From contig NIVC01004009.1 in assembly GCA_002269645.1 (NCBI GenBank), positions 836 through 64,835 on the forward strand: 64,000 nt of DNA, in the 5' to 3' direction. A program made the position numbers and the translations under genes. The notes below the pieces were generated by a model. The model did not search any database. It had not been told where the DNA came from and saw only the letters and a program-made list of their open reading frames with translations. How positions within the stretch are numbered: the first letter of the stretch is position 1; each line of letters starts with the position of its first letter. The DNA is from Macrostomum lignano (Eukaryota). Shown in pieces: positions 59,977-64,000 of the stretch.

Positions 59977-62900
59977 TTAATCATCAAGACGCCAGTGACC
60001 AAAAGGTAGTGAGACCAAATCACTGGTCCAGGCTCGCTTTGTGTCGAAGTAGCCTAGTGCCTGCTTGTACTGACTCATCGAAAACACAAGCTGCTTGCGC
60101 GACGTAATTGTTTGCATGGTTACGTAGTGCAAACGCCGCTCGATTAGTACATGCAAAAAAACATTATGCTTCAGACTACGACCAACACTTCTGCACACTC
60201 CCTTAGATCGAGACAGCTGCCGAACTGCTCCCTCGTCATTGCAATGCAAAAAAGAGTAGTTCTTTGGACGGAGAAAAACAAATTCTAACGCCAGTCGACC
60301 ACCGAACTCGTCTTTCCAGGCCAGCAATCTTCCCTTGTGAGCAAGAGAATAGAGCTCGTGGGTTGGTGGGTAGTTACTAGTATCCAAGAGCCCCTGTGCG
60401 GCCAAGTCCTTGAATAGCGTCTCGTATGGCGTCTCAAAAGCGTTTCGCATTACCAACGCCATCATTAGAGAGTCTGTATCACCTCCGAGTACGCGAGCAC
60501 GTGCAAGCGATCGATGCACCTGGAATATAGATTCAACGAGAAAACGGTGAATATTTAAGGTCATCATTTGCTCTCCAACACGAACAGCTGCGGTTTACTC
60601 AACTGCACGTGTTGATAATAAAATTCGTACACAATCGTTTTAGCAATATCCAAAATCGTTGCACCAATAATGATTGCTTTGTTAAGCACTACTCGTTGAG
60701 GAGACAGGCTGACACCAGCCAAACTCTCGGTGTATATTGTCACGCCCAAAAATTCTTCTCGGCCTATGTAGGCCTCCAACTTTTCCGCTGAAGAACACAT
60801 TCGATACGACACCCGATCTCGAACGCGTTAAAGGAACTTTCCAAAAAGTGCATTGTTTAAAAGTTTGAAAAAGTCTTTTTCAAACTCTGTCTTCGCAGCC
60901 ACCCGGCGCGCAATATTGTGATTAATGTATTGACGCAGAATGGGTTTCTCATCGAAAGCAATGACTCGATGTACGCGGGTGACTCGCAACCCCAACTCTA
61001 AGTAGAGACGCAAAGCACGATGATGAACCACGTAGTTGCGCTTGTGGTCCACCGAACCGACAAGCTTTTTTGTCGAGCTCTTGAAAGGTTTAACATCTTC
61101 GTAGCTTGTAGCATTGGCATAGCGTTCCGGATTCAGTTGGCGTTGCAGGTAAACCCAATCGTCTTTCATCTGTTGGGTAAGCTGAGAGCCCGTTAACGTC
61201 TCGTGCCCGACAGCTAGTGGAAGATCGGCGGTCGAGTCATGCAAAAATCGTGGATAGTAAAGGTCTACATTGAACAGAGCTCCACGCTCATTGCAGCAAA
61301 AACTAGTCAGCCAGTCAAGCATGCAACTTTTAACATGCAGAGTCTCAAGAAGATCGCTGTCACATGGGATTTGAGCAATCTCTTGCCTAGTAAGCCAGCG
61401 AAAGTCGCTACACGGCATCGGTTCAATCATGCAAGAAGCATACAGAGAATTAGCGTCCAAATAAACCAAATAAGTTTCATCGGGTGCATTGTCCCGCAGC
61501 GTGGAATATTGAGGCTCCTCCTGATTCAACTGGTTGCGATACTTTCTTACAAGTTTATTGTTGGCGGTCGTAATATGTAGGGTTCCAAAACTAAATCCTC
61601 CACGAATTGAGGATTCTACTTCTGAATACATTTTAGAATCTGTAAACAAATGAATCGGTGACTCCAAACGAAGCAAGCAAGCCGCCATACTGTACATGGG
61701 CGAGCCAAGAAAATTCGCCGGGTCAATTCCATACTCTTGCATTGCTGTCTTTCGAAAGGTCTCAAACACATCACACAAAAGCAACACATCCAACAGCAAA
61801 TAGGCGGTGGTGTAGTCGCGCAAACTCTTGCAACTGAATTCTAACCAGGCTCGTTGAGCTCGAGCGTAGTTTTCATCGGAACAGTGCTGCATAGTGACGC
61901 TATCGTAGAAAGCCTCTTTTGGTGGGAGCTGCTTAAAAGAATCGAGTAACTCTTCATCGGATAAGAATTGATATGGATAGACGGCTTTTTGTTGGAGCGT
62001 AGCCGGCTGCAGTTGTGGATACACCTCGAGCAACTCGCGCGTGTGAACCAGCTGCTCTGGCAAGAGACGTTGAGCCAATACCGCCAGACTGGTAGACAGA
62101 TAGGCAAAAGTGTCCTTGAAGCATACTTCAAACCATACATAATCTCGCTTCTGCTGGCGCCAAGAAGCACGCAGTGGTATCTTAAACTTTACTGAAAAAG
62201 TTTTAAATTTCTCTCTGGTTTCGGGAAGCACGTGAAGCTGTACATCGTTTCCAGAAAAATATTCGTACAATTCTATAACGAAAAATTTGCCGTCATAGTT
62301 GCTCAGGCAGTGCGTATAGACAAGAAGCCGGTATCGTTTCAGAGAAAGTTTCCGATTACACGAAAAAAATACAATACCTCTAGGTATCCCACTTAAATGG
62401 CAATGATCCAAAACCTGGCGCTCATCAGGAGCAAATGCCCGATGACACAACTGACAATATTCTAATCTCGTTCGGTTATTTGGTGGTAGAGGTGAGTACT
62501 TGCGCAACAAAGGAGTAAACGTGGCTCCAGAAGTTTCGGTCTCGCAACAAATATCCGTAGCCAACTGGCGAAGAGCCAACAAAAACTGGCGGATGCAATT
62601 AGGACCGCCGTCTGGATTATTGTAGAACACATTGCATGGTCGCTGTTGACCAACTTTGGCTTGCAATCGCGCAGCCGAAATTTTGTCAAGTTCTGGGCAA
62701 ACTACCAATCGATAGGCTACACATAAAGGAACGTGAATATCTCGAATCCGCATATTCGAACTTGCAACTCGCGGCTTGTTGACTTCAGCAACGGTCTCGG
62801 GCGGCGCCAGAACGCTCTCGATATCAGCATAAATGATATACAACGGAGGCAATCGAGCCTCGTGTGCAGTAAACTCAAGAATTGCATCAGAGGGTTTTGG

Positions 62901-63949
62901 TAGCGATTCTACTGGCGCGCATCGGCTCACACGAAATTGTTTTTGGTCTGACGAGGCCCACTGGACTGTCGGTTGGTCCATAGTTCCTCCCTGACAATTG
63001 TGCTGCTTCAAAATGTAGTCCCACGGAACGGTGTGGGAAAACCCGACCAAGCAGTCGGGGCAGTAGCGCCTCCGTTTATTTCTCGTGCTCAGCAGCGAAT
63101 TCACATTTCGGACGGGTATGTAGTGCCCCAAATTGTGCTCACCGTACGGAGGAATGAACAAACAATTGGCTAAATGCTTCTCCTCCCTGTTACGCAATGA
63201 AAAGTAGAGAACACCAGTCTTGCTTTCGTGATCCCAGACAAATATGCGCAAGCTGATATGCGGGTTTCGACGACAGAACTTCCTGTACGAACCAGCTGTA
63301 TGTCGAGCCGGACCAACCCTACTACCGAACAACACCATCATCAGCCATGGGGCGTAGCTTTTTTTGAGGTAGGTTTGGCAACCTTTTCATAAAAGATGCT
63401 TGCCAATATTGAATACCGAAAACAGTCGGTTTGGTTAGCGTTGTGTGGCTTAGAGTAGATTACTGCATCTCGTTTGCGCCGAAGCGAAATCGGCACTTTG
63501 AATGGACCGCCACCGCCACCGCCGCCGCCGCCGCTGCCACGTAGGGTGGTTGTACGACGCCTGTGACCAGACGGCGCCGTCTGGTCGCTGGTGTTGTTCT
63601 GAGCAGTGCTAGCACTACTACTCGCTCTCGTCGGTCGAACACTCCCTTTACGATAGATGCACAGCATCAAGTCCAGTTGTTCGATTCCACCATACTGCCA
63701 ATTTGAACCTCGGGCAGTAAAATTTTCCAATTTGCTCACCAATTCTGTGACAACCGATTCGAACCATTCGTTGAAGGCATCGCGCGAGAGCAGCAACCCA
63801 CCACTGTCGCTTTCGTCAGACCGGATCGTTGCAACGTTAGTGTTGAAATAAACAGAGATATTCTCCAGCATTTCATTGTTGTCATCGTCATCGTTGTTAG
63901 TTGTTCTTGATCGAAACATTTTCACTCTCAAATGTATGCATGTTCGCAT
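59977..63949 (-). pseudogene. Protein-primed family B DNA polymerase of a Maverick/Polinton, split into four frames
   Basis: N-terminal RGSNW; YADIES (ExoI), DHCHLSG, H.LSNYD (ExoII), YLLLDV (ExoIII), YLDANSLY, KLLNNALFGK, DTDS. Frame breaks near 63341, 60820 and 60565. Confidence 0.95.
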
Positions 63950-64000
63950 TAGTAGTAGAGGCGAGGCCAGCCGGTAAAAAGGCGATATATCGAAGTGCGT

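Noticed and set aside
63505-63540. Poly-Gly (GCC)n tract in the pPolB N-terminus
   Set aside because: Simple trinucleotide expansion in a low-complexity linker.

Overview
Eukaryotic (animal) genomic DNA with short spliceosomal introns and a very high load of mobile elements and tandem repeats. A flatworm such as Macrostomum is my guess from sequence style only and is not established. Headline: two inverted paralogues (5657-10059 + and 20225-~23540 -) of a spliced gene that I read as RRM-RRM / IFIT-like TPR solenoid / C-terminal HEPN-like domain with an intact R-N-x3-H motif. This would be a possible RNA-sensor-RNase fusion. The putative sensor parts of the two copies are diverged while the 238-aa effector part is almost identical. 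Nearby are two secreted pattern-recognition-type genes (PAN + F-type lectin; PAN-like + fibrinogen domain). The right half holds: a decayed Ty3/Gypsy element with an env-like glycoprotein placed between gag and pol; a tandem array of seven members of an orphan double-RING gene family directly behind its integrase; orphan ORFs; a second Gypsy integrase; and a truncated Maverick/Polinton (pPolB, dUTPase, PLA2-like, packaging ATPase). Also present: a BEL/Pao element whose LTR carries a 2-kb minisatellite, a mariner, a Harbinger fragment, three SINEs, solo LTRs and several satellites. All domain calls are by eye from motifs; no searches were run.
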